The position numbers were made by a program, and so were the translations under genes. The notes beneath the pieces are model-generated. The model saw only the letters and a list, made by a program, of their open reading frames with translations. It did not search any database and was not told where the DNA came from. From Laetmonice hystrix (Eukaryota), in contig OZ249441.1 in assembly GCA_965235115.1 (NCBI GenBank), positions 35,774,001 through 35,838,000 on the forward strand: a DNA stretch of 64,000 bases, given 5' to 3'. Shown one piece after another: positions 1 through 12,478 of this stretch; position 1 is the stretch's first letter, and each line of letters opens with the position of its first letter.

Positions 1-2158
1 AATGTATAAAACAATATACCTATATATACTAGATGAAACCAGGGGTAGGCAGAAATTATCACCAGATATTACATGCTATTCAAAAAGCAGCATGCAGGCA
101 ACACTTTCAGGGGGGAGGGAGAGGACACGTCACAGGGTAGCTATAAATGAGTTACTTCCTTTAGAAAACAAGTGTAGGCAGTAGATAGAGAGAGAGGAAA
201 GGATGCACATACCCCGGTACATATAGTGGTCATAATGTTCTACAGTGGTTCAACTAAAGTGCATACATTGTACATATACAATTAACCGAAAACTTTAAAT
301 CTAGGTCATCCACTTCTGTCTGGAAGGAGTAGAAGTATACATATAGCCACGTTTATTCCCGAATAAGACGGTAGACAGACACTCAGTCAGTATAGTCGTC
401 GTTACACGATGACAGCCACTGCCTTTTTTCCAGAACGAAACCACATTTGACAATAATCCCTGAGGATATAAAATCTCTCTGTACGTAGCATTGACTGTCG
501 TATTTGTCGATAGGTTGTAGGTTTTCAAGACGTTCCAAGATGTCTTTCACTGCCAGAAGGTATACTCTCAGATCGACATATGGGAGCAGGATGCGCTTCC
601 AGCAATCTGAAGAACAAGATTGACAGCGTGGAACGAATCTCCGGAGGATAAAAAAATGCAATAATTTCCCGAGCACGCGTCCAATTCCATTGAAACTCTA
701 AAGAGGCGTGCAAAGTACCTCTGCGCATGCGTCAGTATATGGGTAAATGTCCAGATCATAGGGATGCGCCTGATTTGATGATATGTAATACATACATAAC
801 TCGTTTTATCAGATGACGGGAGGCAAGGGGGTTGCATGATAACATGAGAGGTTGGAAGTAAAAACTGTCCATTGACGATGTAATGGTGACGGCCTGCTTG
901 CTTACTCACCCACCATGCTGGCATGGCATGATGTAGTCGTGGCTGACTTAATGCTCGAACGGAGGCGAACGATGCGACATTGTGAAGACAAAATCCAAAT
1001 GAGACAAGAGCAAAAGTGGTTGCTTTTACTTAGAGGACGACGTTCCATGTGACGCTCTGAAGCCTTTTGTGCCCGCAGCTGAAGGGAAGACCGCAATCTG
1101 AAACTTAATAGTGCTTAAATGGAAAGATATCTTATGTTTAAGTTATTCTAACTTCTGGTTTTGCATAAAAGGGTGCGGGCGTGACGAACTGGTGTAATGG
1201 AAATGGCGCTGGGAGGCATTGTAGAAGTCAGCGGGCGTTCTCTGCCTGGCTGGGGGCAGGCGGACCAGACCAGGCCTTGCTCGGTGATATATCAGCGCCA
1301 TTTGGGCGTCCGTTCACTACTCTTCGCACGCCACTTTTGAAAGCGTGTTAGTTCCACCGATTAGGTCCTCATAGTCCGACCATACCTGCCCACATCGTAT
1401 TAATCTAGATCAGACTGATGCCCGACGTGCCAGAAGAAGCTCCTGGCAACAGGGGACGCGTCTGCCATCGGTACGGGGCGGGACGGTTGGTCGCCAAACT
1501 TACGGCCCTCATCATAAATCGGGGGCCTCAATGACCGCTGAGTGAGATACAAACGGATAGCAAGTAGTCCGAGTGCTCCCCTCCTGTCTGTCCACAAATT
1601 GATTGTGATGAACGTTTAAGGGCCATTACAGATTTGTGCCAGGGTCGTGGCACTTTGTCAGGACATCGCAAGAAGAGTCCCCTCCCAGGTGATCGTGAAA
1701 TCATATAGCCACCAGAAGCGATGATTGTACTCTAGCCCAGATCGGCTTTTCCCTCACGCTATCCTTGGTTTTGGGTGGTCCCTAGCTATACACAAACCTA
1801 CCCACCGCAACATCCTGTGGTATACTTTACAGTGAGAGCAGTGAAAGGTGACCTCTCGAGTGGGCACCATTGGATCAGCATTTAAAAAAAATCTAAAGGA
1901 AAGAAAAGTCAAATGTAATCCATAAATCTTTGGAAAGCTGTCCACAGAATGATACGGGGACCAGGTGATACCAGCACGCAGCCAGGGAGTGTCACAGCGG
2001 GTGGTACCGCCAAACTTTCAGTTCATTTACCGGTCCACTTCAAACAACACATAACTCAAACTATTAAAACGTCCTCGGTTTATAAATATAAATCGTCTGG
2101 CACTAGCGTCAGTCAAGATGTATCTCTACTGAGCGAAAACTACGATTCTATACGATAA

Positions 2159-2941
2159 ACGGTCCATGAACCTGGGGCAGCCACTCTGCTGGCCCTCCAG
2201 TGTAAGTGACGGTCCATGAACCTGGGGCAGACACTCTGCTGGCCCTCCAGTGTAAGTAACGGTCCATGAACCTGGGGCAGACACTCTGCTGGCCCTCCAG
2301 TGTAAGTGACGGTCCATGAACCTGGGGCAGACACTCTGCTGGCCCTCCAGTGTAAGTAATGGTCCATGAACCTGGGGCAGACACTCTGCTGGCCCTCCAG
2401 TGTAAGTGACGGTCCATGAACCTGGGGCAGACACTCTGCTGGCCCTCCAGTGTGACGGTCCATGAACCTGGGGCAGCCACTCTGCTGGCCCTCCAGTGTA
2501 AGTAACGGTCCATGAACCTGGGGCAGACACTCTGCTGGCCCTCCAGTGTAAGTAACGGTCCATGAACCTGGGGCAGACACTCTGCTGGCCCTCCAGTGTA
2601 AGTGACGGTCCATGAACCTGGGGCAGACACTCTGCTGGCCCTCCAGTGTGACGGTCCATGAACCTGGGGCAGACACTCTGCTGGCCCTCCAGTGTAAGTA
2701 ACGGTCCATGAACCTGGGGCAGACACTCTGCTGGCCCTCCAGTGTGACGGTCCATGAACCTGGGGCAGACACTCTGCTGGCCCTCCAGTGTGACGGTCCA
2801 TGAACCTGGGGCAGACACTCTGCTGGCCCTCCAGTGTAAGTAACGGTCCATGAACCTGGGCCAGACACTCTGCTGGCCCTCCAGTGTAAGTAACGGTCCA
2901 TGAACCTGGGGCAGACACTCTGCTGGCCCTCCAGTGTAAGT
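2159..2941. repeat. Minisatellite, 50-bp unit (45-bp variants), ~16 copies
   Basis: Unit acggtccatgaacctggggcagacactctgctggccctccagtgtaagt(g/a); source of three long minus-strand ORFs. Confidence 0.95.
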
Positions 2942-4025
2942 CTCCATCGTGACATCGAATGTCCATCACCCTGTTTGACCATTCCATATGTTCTGCCCGT
3001 CACCATCCTGCAGCTTGAAGTGTACCTGGACATAATGATGTCAAAACTTCTTACTTTAATTTATCATTGTCTATAACATATAGTATCGACTTTGGGCCAT
3101 TGAGACACTCTCATGAAGTTATCATACTGTCTGGCAGACTGCTTGCTGCAATCACCACGTACACTCCTACAGACGGTCCAGGCAGGAGAGGGTTGGAGAG
3201 GTCTGTTAGTGTCAGTTTGACACATATCGTACCGACCTAATGGATGTCCCTCTGTCCCATGCTGTGGGATAATAAAGGTCAGATTGCTCCAAGCACGATG
3301 TTATTGCTCCGTGTTACGTCATGTGTCGTCTGACGTTATGTGAGCGAGTCGTGAGGAAACGGCCAATCAGCGATGGTGTTACACTGAGGAGAAATATGTC
3401 TGGTTTTCCGTCAAGAAAATCAAAAGTCAGAAATGTTACTCTGACGTATATAAGAACTACATTGGGCATGATTAGAGCGAGTAACCGCAATGCTCCTTGC
3501 AAGGCTATCACATAATGTATATTATACACAATATTGCCAGAATATACAGTTATATCTACTCAAGTTACGAAAGACCAATCAGGTCAAATAAGTAAGTCAG
3601 AAAAAGCAGTACTAACTTGTCATCGACCTCTCAATGTTTCACAGAAGAAATAACAACCACAGAAGATAAAAAGACTCTTCTAATCCCAACCATGGCTCTA
3701 TAGGACATTTATTCCTTGCATACACATGTGTATCATTGTGATGCTATGATACACACAGACCTCCAGACTATACAGGTGCCGTGTTTGGCCAAGGTTTCCC
3801 CCAAACCTGCATCAAAAGTGTACCATTCAACCAGACAGACATTGACGGTCATCATGCGCTGTATACAGATTGCAATGAACACATAAAATCGTGAAAATGG
3901 TTTCATATACATTTGTAGAGATGCTTGCCAGGCTGTCCTGCTGTTCCTGAACTGGCATGGTGAGCATCTCTTGTCTGTAGTATAGGACGTCTGCAGTATA
4001 GGTATGTGAGAGAAAGACGAGAAGA

Positions 4026-4256
4026 AATGTATTGTGAAGGCCCCAGCTGTAGAGTACACCATGAGCACCAGAATGTATTGTGAAGGCCCCAGCTGTAGAG
4101 TACACCATGAGCACCAGAATGTATTATGAAGGCCCCAGCTGTAGAGTACACCATGAGCACCAGAATGTATTGTGAAGACCCAGCTGTAGAGTACACCATG
4201 AGCACCAGAATGTATTGTGACGGCCCCAGCTGTAGAGTACACCATGAGCACCAGAA
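4026..4256. repeat. Minisatellite, 46-bp unit x5
   Basis: aatgtattgtgaaggccccagctgtagagtacaccatgagcaccag. Confidence 0.95.
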
Positions 4257-7200
4257 AGTCATTACACACCATTTCCAACTCTTTCCGTTCGCTTCCGACT
4301 GTAAAGTTGTAAAGAGTATAGTTGTCAAAATTTAAAAAATATACATATATACAATTTCTCTTGCTCCTGAAATAGGCATTGGCTCCGAATCAGAAAGTGC
4401 CACTCAAACCTTTCATATTAAAAGTCCCAACTCGACCAAGTTCCCACGTGTGCCATATTTCCCGCAGACAACATGATACGATATGACCCTGGTGGTCATC
4501 ACCGTAAACCTGCACGCTGGTTGTTTCCACACGTGTCGTACACGCGGCCAGTAAGGTTTCTACCCAACGTGAAGATACACCGTGTTGAAGAGTCTGCACG
4601 TGCCAGCTGCCCAGCCCAGATGGTGACAGCGGGAAGCTCCCAGTCAACAATCACCCCCACCACTCTCAGCCTCTCCCCCCGTACAAAGACACCCCCACGG
4701 GGTGCCAGTGTCAACCCCCATGGCCGCATCTCGAGTCCGGCCCTTCATCAACTGTCTGCTTAATTAAGAGAGCTGGTCAAGCTGGGATCTGACCGCCGCT
4801 CATTATACGACGATGACATGGTCAAGGTACGCGGGGGAGCGTTGACCACCTTGTGGTTTGTAATTAAAGTTCAACTGATCAACGGCCTGTACTGATTTAA
4901 CCGGTGTTACAATCCGACCCTGTGGGGTGGATAGAACCCATCATTCAATGGACTTGTAACCTTGTTATCAAAGATACAAACCGCAGGGCCGACATTATTT
5001 CTATATTTAAGAGTGTATTGTTTCCATCCGTATGTGACAGGAGGTCTATATGTGGAGTCGACCTAAATACGAGAATAGGAGACTCAAATAGAGGAACAAT
5101 ATACGAAGTTTAAATGTTTTAATTAATAGAGGGTGGGGGGGGGCACACTATTCTTTCATCTCCTCCTCCTCAATAGCAGAGTTGTTCCTCACTTCATCCC
5201 ATGGCTGAACAAGATTGAAATGTTAAATGTTTTAAATGCGGACAGGAGTAAAGTTTCCGATTCACTAATACTTCACTTCTTCCGTGCCCTCTCAAAGTGA
5301 TAAAGGCGTGAAGATGACAGACCACTCAAAATCAAAATGTCCATTGTTTTAAGAATCACCACAACAACTTAATGGATAATCAAACCTTAATCACTATTCT
5401 ACAACTATACGTATTGTATCGATAGCAACATTTACCTACATATAAGATGTCATCAATTCTATACGAATGATTCATCTTTTTAATTCAACTATTTTTTTAA
5501 ATGAGTAATTGGATGTTGGCCCTCGGCATTAGTTATTATAAAAACTACACATGACTTAAAGACACTTGACCATGGTAAACTTAAAGTGGACATTTTTAGG
5601 GTGAAGTTTTCATCTGGCACCAGCAGTTGCACCAATAACGCCACTCGTATATTATACTCGGCGGCAAGGTCACTCGGGCCTGTGTGCGTGATCCTGACAT
5701 TGTTAATTATCACCCTTCGATAAGGACACCGCCGCCATGCGTACACTGAACATACCTTCACATATTCCAGCGGATGAGTTAATCACCATCTTCAAAGAGT
5801 TCCCAAACAATGCGTAACAGCAACATGAAACAATTAACAACTGACGCCCTGTGTTTTGCTGGGCGGGTTTGTATACGAGCGAGAAGACGCGCGTGCGCGC
5901 GGGCCTTGTCATCATCAACGACCAGATTCACTGTTAAATAACCAGTGCAAATTGTCTGTGAAGGAACCTTTATTCTGACGTATGTAATTAAGTGCGCTCA
6001 TCCCTTAAATTACCACCTTGCGATGTATGTGGTGAGAATGGCGCACGCTGCAATGAGGCGTCGACCGTGTGTTTGGGCCACCCCCTCGGCCGGCCCAGCG
6101 GATGTGGATGTGGCCATACTCCTTAGATTTACCCTATAATTATGCGAGGACGTCGCTGGGAGCTTTCAGCTACTCACCTTTGATAACTTAAATACCACCA
6201 GAATCTATGCGAATGCAATGAGAGTGCTGTGGGTAAGTGAATAGACGCTCTCTGTACATCAGCAGGAATCTAGTGCGCGTCTACGGAGATTCACAATCGA
6301 AACAATGGTGTCTATAGCACGTAGTGGCTGCACGGACACTGTTTCCTGTAGGCTCGTATTGTCTAAACGACCTGGTAATCATTTCAGGCATGCAGCCTCT
6401 AGTAAACCAGTGTACCAGGAATGCTTAAGACAACGTCCATGAACATCATTAGTATTAACAGTATTAAACCCTATACACACATGTATATGAGGTATACTTT
6501 GTTGTCTATTGTACCTGTATAGAATCTAGGCCTAGTATATATTCGTAATATCACAGTTAAAAATAACACCGTCTTGCAATTTCCTTCTTGTAGTGACATA
6601 TGTACGTTCTCTATATGGAACCACAAGAATAGCTTTTCACAATGAAAAGAGTTGGTGGCCTTAAAATTAAAATTGAAGGTATTGTCTATCGTCTCTTCCG
6701 TCGAATTCTCTAGGGGACCATTCAACCAGTCGCGGTCCGCCGCGGGCATAGAGAGGTCTGGATGCTGCCATGTATGCAACCAGCTTCTTCTCATTATCAT
6801 TAAGGTCTTGTTAAATGCTTGGGTGGATTTAAATAGGGAGTATAACCCCCACTGAACTGATCCCAAGTCGGGATGGCCATCACTGGGCAGTCGACGGCAG
6901 ACCCCTACCACACGCAAACTTAATGAATTCACCAGCTCTGAACTGAAACCGCGCAAGCAGTTTTGGAGAGATATGTGAATGCAAGCATTGAGTCGGTTTT
7001 TGTATGGGCGCTGAAAGGCTGCCATCTTGAGAGCGTCGGCTGTTGTGCCGTCCCCTGCTGGGGTTGTAATCGGTGACCACATGCCGATCGACGTCAAGCC
7101 ATGGACGGTCACACAGACTGGGTGCTTTATACCATGCAGTTATAATTCCTGCAGGATTTAGAAAACAATATAATATACTCGGCACTGTCAGCGGAGAAAG

Positions 7201-10200
7201 GGAATTCAACACGAAGGAGAGCGATTCGCAATACACGACTATTTTGGTATTGACAGCTATTCTCTAGGCACAACACTTAGTAATATCGGATTTTTTAAAA
7301 TTTCGAAACGCGCCTATGACAATATCCGCTATTTTGTCTCTTTTAATCAGCTTAAACTGCAGTTGGAGCCGTATTTCCTGCAGTCCCGTAGGAAACACTC
7401 CCCAAAAACGGTTTTTGATATTTTTTTCTATTATATTTTATACCGTAGACTACCCCAATCCCTTCAACTATCTCCCCTCTCCTCCCCCAAGAAAATAACG
7501 GGGGGGGGGGGGCTGCATAGTATTGAAACTTTCCGATTGATTTCTTCTACTGTAGGCCTACCTATATATACGATGTATATACTGCACTACAACAGAGCCT
7601 TTTCTTGACTTCTAACGGCACCCCAAACACAATGTATTCACGATGGCCGTCACCCGTAACCACACACAGATGTTATTGTTCGCAAGTTTCAACAACCATT
7701 CCATTCACGTCGGGAAATCCCAATTAACCCAAAACTATTCAATATTTTGGCGGGAAAACGTGGCCAGATGAGGAGAATATTAAAACGTGGCGTAATCTGT
7801 GCTAATCGTGACACGGTCTGAGATCAAAGGGCGAGGGAGGATGAAAGTGAATGTCAAAGAATTGGGATGAAACACAGATTTAGTTTACTAATCGCCTTGG
7901 AGGGGGCGAGGTCTCCATAGTATCCTAAAACATATAAAGCGAGATGGGGAGGGGGAGGAGGCTGTTTTATGCAGGAATCCGTATTATTCCTGTAAGAACA
8001 CAGACCGTTTACCGACGTTATTCAATCTTCCATGTTACATACTTAGATAACATAATATACATTCTTGTGTATAGCGGTAAAACGGGTTGCCTTTACACAA
8101 AGTGGTTCAAAGAGGTGTTCAAAACTCTAACAGTCAATCGGAACTCTAACTGTGGCAGACGCTGCACAGACAAAATGACTCCTATATACATACACGTATA
8201 TGCGCGGTTAAACTGAACTTTAATAAATGGACCTAAAACAACAAGTCTGAATTTTCGTGATATTATAAACAAAGAGTAAGCTTGGCTATACTTCATATTT
8301 CTCTTACTAAATTTGATAGAAAAATGCGTATAGTTCTTGGAACGTTTGTTTCCATGGACTTTAGACCTTAGACTCGTTCTAGTTAATTCGTCATGATGAT
8401 CATAATGAAGTCATGATGAAATCATTCTACAAAATGTGTGTACAACTAATGGTTCTCTTCAATATTAACCTTCCAAAAAACAAAAAGTCGGAAATTACTT
8501 GACATTTTGAAAACTGTTGTAGAAAGAGCACCATATGTATGTTTAGAAAGGTCGTATAGGTGGGAGACGCGTTTAATAGATATCCGTCCAACGTTCCCAC
8601 AGTCTACAAGTCCGACACCACCATCCTTCAAAGTCACATCAGACTCATCTTCGGATCCAAGGCACAAAGGACCCGACAGGAAACGAGAGCGGAGCCGGAA
8701 ATTGCCACGGGAAACAGGGTGAGGGTCAAGAAGGTTTCTGGGCGTCCTCCTCAGAAAGCCAACAATGTACAGCGCTGAGGAGGAAAATCACTATCTCATG
8801 GTGCATTGTCTTCAGGTCGCTATAATAGTTTAACGTTTGTCCCTGGAAGCAGGTTCCTCTTTATGCCAATGACTTGAAATCAATTTTACGGCCACTGAAG
8901 GTCATTTAGCGTTAAATTAGGGCTGTGATCTGGACAACTCGTATGAGGAACAAGGCTTCAAATGGGTTCTTGTCATTCTGGCCAACATGGCCGGTTTCAT
9001 GTCGCCTAGCAACTGGCGGCTATGCGTGCCGTGTGCAGTGCGGCGTGTTGTGGCGCCCGCCGTCGGCAGCCGCGCACACTACCAGAGGAGAACGCCGTGA
9101 AAATGTGTTTGTCTGACATGTACACCGTTCATAAACACTTCTGTAATGAGTTAATGATGCGCGCGTGACCAAACGTTTCCTTGGTGACGTCACCCGCCTT
9201 TTCGTTTGATGTCAGCGACGGCGTGCGCCATGGGACGCGCGCAGTTAAAGGCTTCTGGACATAACATCCGGTAAGGCACTGTCCTCCGCGAATTGAGAAA
9301 GTAAACATACGCGTATGGCAAAGGCAAATCTGAAAGTGGCTTTGCTTTCGGCTTCCTTTAAAGTCAATGGACTAAGGCAATGCCGCCTGCTGCATATGCA
9401 ACAGTTCGTCCTCAAAGGGGCCGTTTAAGTGCAGATACCGCTGTGATACTCCTGGTGTGTGAGCAAATAAATGGACAATACGCTTTCCCAATTTGTACGT
9501 TGAGATAACATCAATTGTACATTAGAAATACGAAATATATCCATTGTCCGATATTTTATAGTTATCTTTAGTTTCATGTGAGTTCAAGTTGACAATATAA
9601 CTTAAACCGAACTTCGCCTCGTGTGAATATGACTTTATGAAACATTCAGGTGCATTTTCATACTTTTATGCAAACAAATACGACAAAATGTTATTATTAA
9701 TTCCATAAAAATGAAATACATTATTTTCCTATATATATCTCTGAAACGTTATACTACAGATTCAGGGTCAGGTATAAAATTAGACGAGTATAACACCAGC
9801 ATCAAGAAGAATTCCGTGTGACCGTTATAATCACGACCGACTGCAGCCAGTTGGAGAGGTTAAGGGCAATTAATCAACGATACGTTTCCAATTTGACAAA
9901 ACCGTTTGGCATGCGAACGCTCCCGTGAACAGAGGTCGTTCAATAAGTCACCGTGAACGTCCACTCGGAAACCCTACGTAAATAACGCTACCAGGTGTCG
10001 GGTGCCATCAAACACTCGTCTGGTGAGCCACGGGCCACCCTGACCGAAACCCCTCCCACACCAGACCTGCCAGGAATCGATGACCACGTCATGGCAACTG
10101 GCGCCAGGGCACTGATCCAGGACCCGTGCCCTCCACCTGTGCCGGTAGGCCAAGGTGGCTATTGTCAACACATCTGTTCGAACCGGTTCGCACGACACGA

Positions 10201-10538
10201 TTACGGGCGCCTGCTCAGTTTTCTCCAGTCATTATCTCTCGACAATAGGCAGATTTCATGGTCTATTCTTCCTGGATGGGTACGGAGGGTGGCCTGAGAG
10301 CCGTTTGTTTCTCTCGGATGCCCGCACGTGTCATATTGAGACCATGAAATGACGATCGATAGAAACAGACGCTGTGAGAAAATGTTGGCGCGCCAAGTGC
10401 TGGTTACCAGTATCGCTGGGAGCCAGCAGTTGATTCCTATACATCATCCTCATCGGAAATAACATTTCCTATAACAGACATTAAAAACTTACATTGTGAC
10501 CATCAGCCGCATTATTATTGACATACATATCTCCTGAT

Positions 10539-11118
10539 GGGACGCCCAACTAGATATACGTTTACTAGACGATAGGACGCCCAACTAGATATACGTTTAT
10601 TAGACGATAGGACGCCCAACTAGATATACGTTTATTAGACGATAGGCCGCCCAACTAGATATACGTTTATTAGACGATAGGCCGCCCAACTAGACATACG
10701 TTTATTAGACGATAGGCCGCCCAACTAGATATACGTTTATTAGACGATAGGACGCCCAACTAGATATACGTTTATTAGACGATAGGACGCCCAACTAGAT
10801 ATACGTTTATTAGACGATAGCACGCCCAACTAGATATACGCTTATTAGACGATAGGACGCCCAACTAGATATACGTTTATTAGACGATAGGACGCCCAAC
10901 TAGACATACGCTTATTAGACGATAGGACGCTGAACTAGATTTACGTTTATTAGACGATAGGACGCCCAACTAGATATACGTTTATTAGACGATAGGACGC
11001 CCAACTAGACATACGTTTATTAGACGATAGGACGCCCAACTAGATATACGTTTATTAGACGATAGGACGCCCAACTAGATATTTTCGTTTATTAGACGAT
11101 AGGACGACCAACTAGGTA
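10539..11118. repeat. Minisatellite, 35-bp unit, ~16 copies
   Basis: gataggacgcccaactagatatacgtttattagac. Confidence 0.95.
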
Positions 11119-11478
11119 TACATTATGAGACATATAGAAAATCTATTCAAAAGAACCCACAATGCATAGATACGTGCCAAAATTGACAGCACAAAAGAAA
11201 AACTAACCTCGTTTTCAACACTAAATCAGCTTCCAGTCACCGCCTGATGAAAGGTGGTGTTAGAAATCAGGTTGTTTTAGAAAAGAACGGAGAGTAACTA
11301 CCTGTCCTCGAATCAGATACCTCTACAATCAATATTGAGTGAGTGTGCATGACTCCATATTACAATTGTTTTGTTTATCAACGTATGGAGTACACATAGA
11401 TAATATTCCTAGGCAAGAAATAAATCTGAGCATGTTCTGCACTCTAAAGTTTTCTGCTTGGTGGAAGTACTCGTGATC

Positions 11479-12193
11479 GGTTGGCCTGGGGGAGGTTGGC
11501 CTGGGGGAGGTTGGCCTGGGGGAGGTTGGCCTGGGGGAGGTTGGCCGGGGGGAGGTTGGCCGGGGGGAGGTTGGCCTGGGGGAGGTTGGCCTGGGGGAGG
11601 TTGGCCTGGGGGAGGTTGGCCTGGGGGGAGGTTGGCCGGGGGGAGGTTGGCCGGGGGGAGGGGAGGTTGGCCTGGGGGAGGTTGGCCTGGGGGAGGTTGG
11701 CCTGGGGGAGGTTGGCCTGGGGGAGGTTGGCCTGGGGGGAGGTTGGCCGGGGGGAGGTTGGCCGGGGGGAGGGGAGGTTGGCCTGGGGGAGGTTGGCCTG
11801 GGCGGGGGGGGGGTTGCCGGGGGGAGGTGGGGGGAGGTTGGCCTGGGGGGAGGTTGGCCGGGGGAGGTTGGCCGGGGGGAGGTTGACCGGGGGGAGGGGA
11901 GGTTGGCCTGGGGGAGGTTGGCCTGGGCGGGGGGGGGGTTGCCGGGGGGAGGTGGGGGGAGGTTGGCCTGGGGGGAGGTTGGCCTGGGGGAGGTTGGCCG
12001 GGGGGAGGTGGGGGCAGGTTGGCCGGGGGGAGGTTGGCGGGGTTGGGGGTTGGCCGGGGGGAGGTTGGCCGGGGGGGGGTTGGCCGGGGGGAGGTTGGCC
12101 GGGGGGAGGTTGGCCGGGGGAGGTTGGCCGGGGGGAGGTTGGCCGGGGGGGGGGGAGTTGGCCGGGGGGGGGAAGGCTGGCCCGGGGGGGGGG
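11479..12193. repeat. G-rich 15-16-bp minisatellite (ggttggcc(t/g)ggggga), ~45 copies
   Basis: Direct reading; extreme G skew on + strand. Confidence 0.95.
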
Positions 12194-12285
12194 CGCACGA
12201 CACCCATTAGACGAGCGGCTTCTATGAACGTCCCACATGTAAGATTGAGAGCAGTGGGTGTGGTCTTTCTGACACACCAAGTATA

Positions 12286-12478
12286 CATCCTATTTCTGTA
12301 GATCTCAGTCAGCTCCCGCAATCTCTACCTTTGATAATGTAACTGTCGCTCTTAAACTGACACACACCACCGGAGTGTAGATCTCATCCTATTTCTGTAG
12401 ATCTCAGTCGGCTCCCGCAATCTCTACCTTTGATAATGTAACTGTCGCTCTTAAACTGACACACACCACCGGAGTGTT
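12286..12478. repeat. Tandem duplication, 99-bp period x2
   Basis: catcctatttctgtagatctcagtc...cacaccaccggagtgt at 12286 and 12385. Confidence 0.9.

Noticed and set aside
2126-3033. Three 270-300 aa minus-strand ORFs
   Set aside because: Frame-cycling translations of the 50/45-bp minisatellite. The GTAAGT in each plus-strand unit has no open upstream exon.
4390-4729. NHL-repeat-like words (RPWGLTLAPRGGVFV; CGNNxVQVY) on minus strand
   Set aside because: Needs an assumed frameshift, lacks clear splice sites and is too short to support.
6471-7112. 213-aa non-repetitive minus-strand ORF
   Set aside because: No recognisable motif, GTG start, AT-rich tail; not called as CDS.
11244-11270. CTGATGA hammerhead-core-like motif (also on minus strand near 13110 and 60840)
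   Set aside because: No stem II followed by GAAA or closing stems could be formed.
11329-12321. 250-330 aa Pro-rich or Gly/Trp-rich ORFs resembling collagen or extensin
   Set aside because: All frames on both strands are open only because of the 15-bp G-rich unit; no flanking coding signal.
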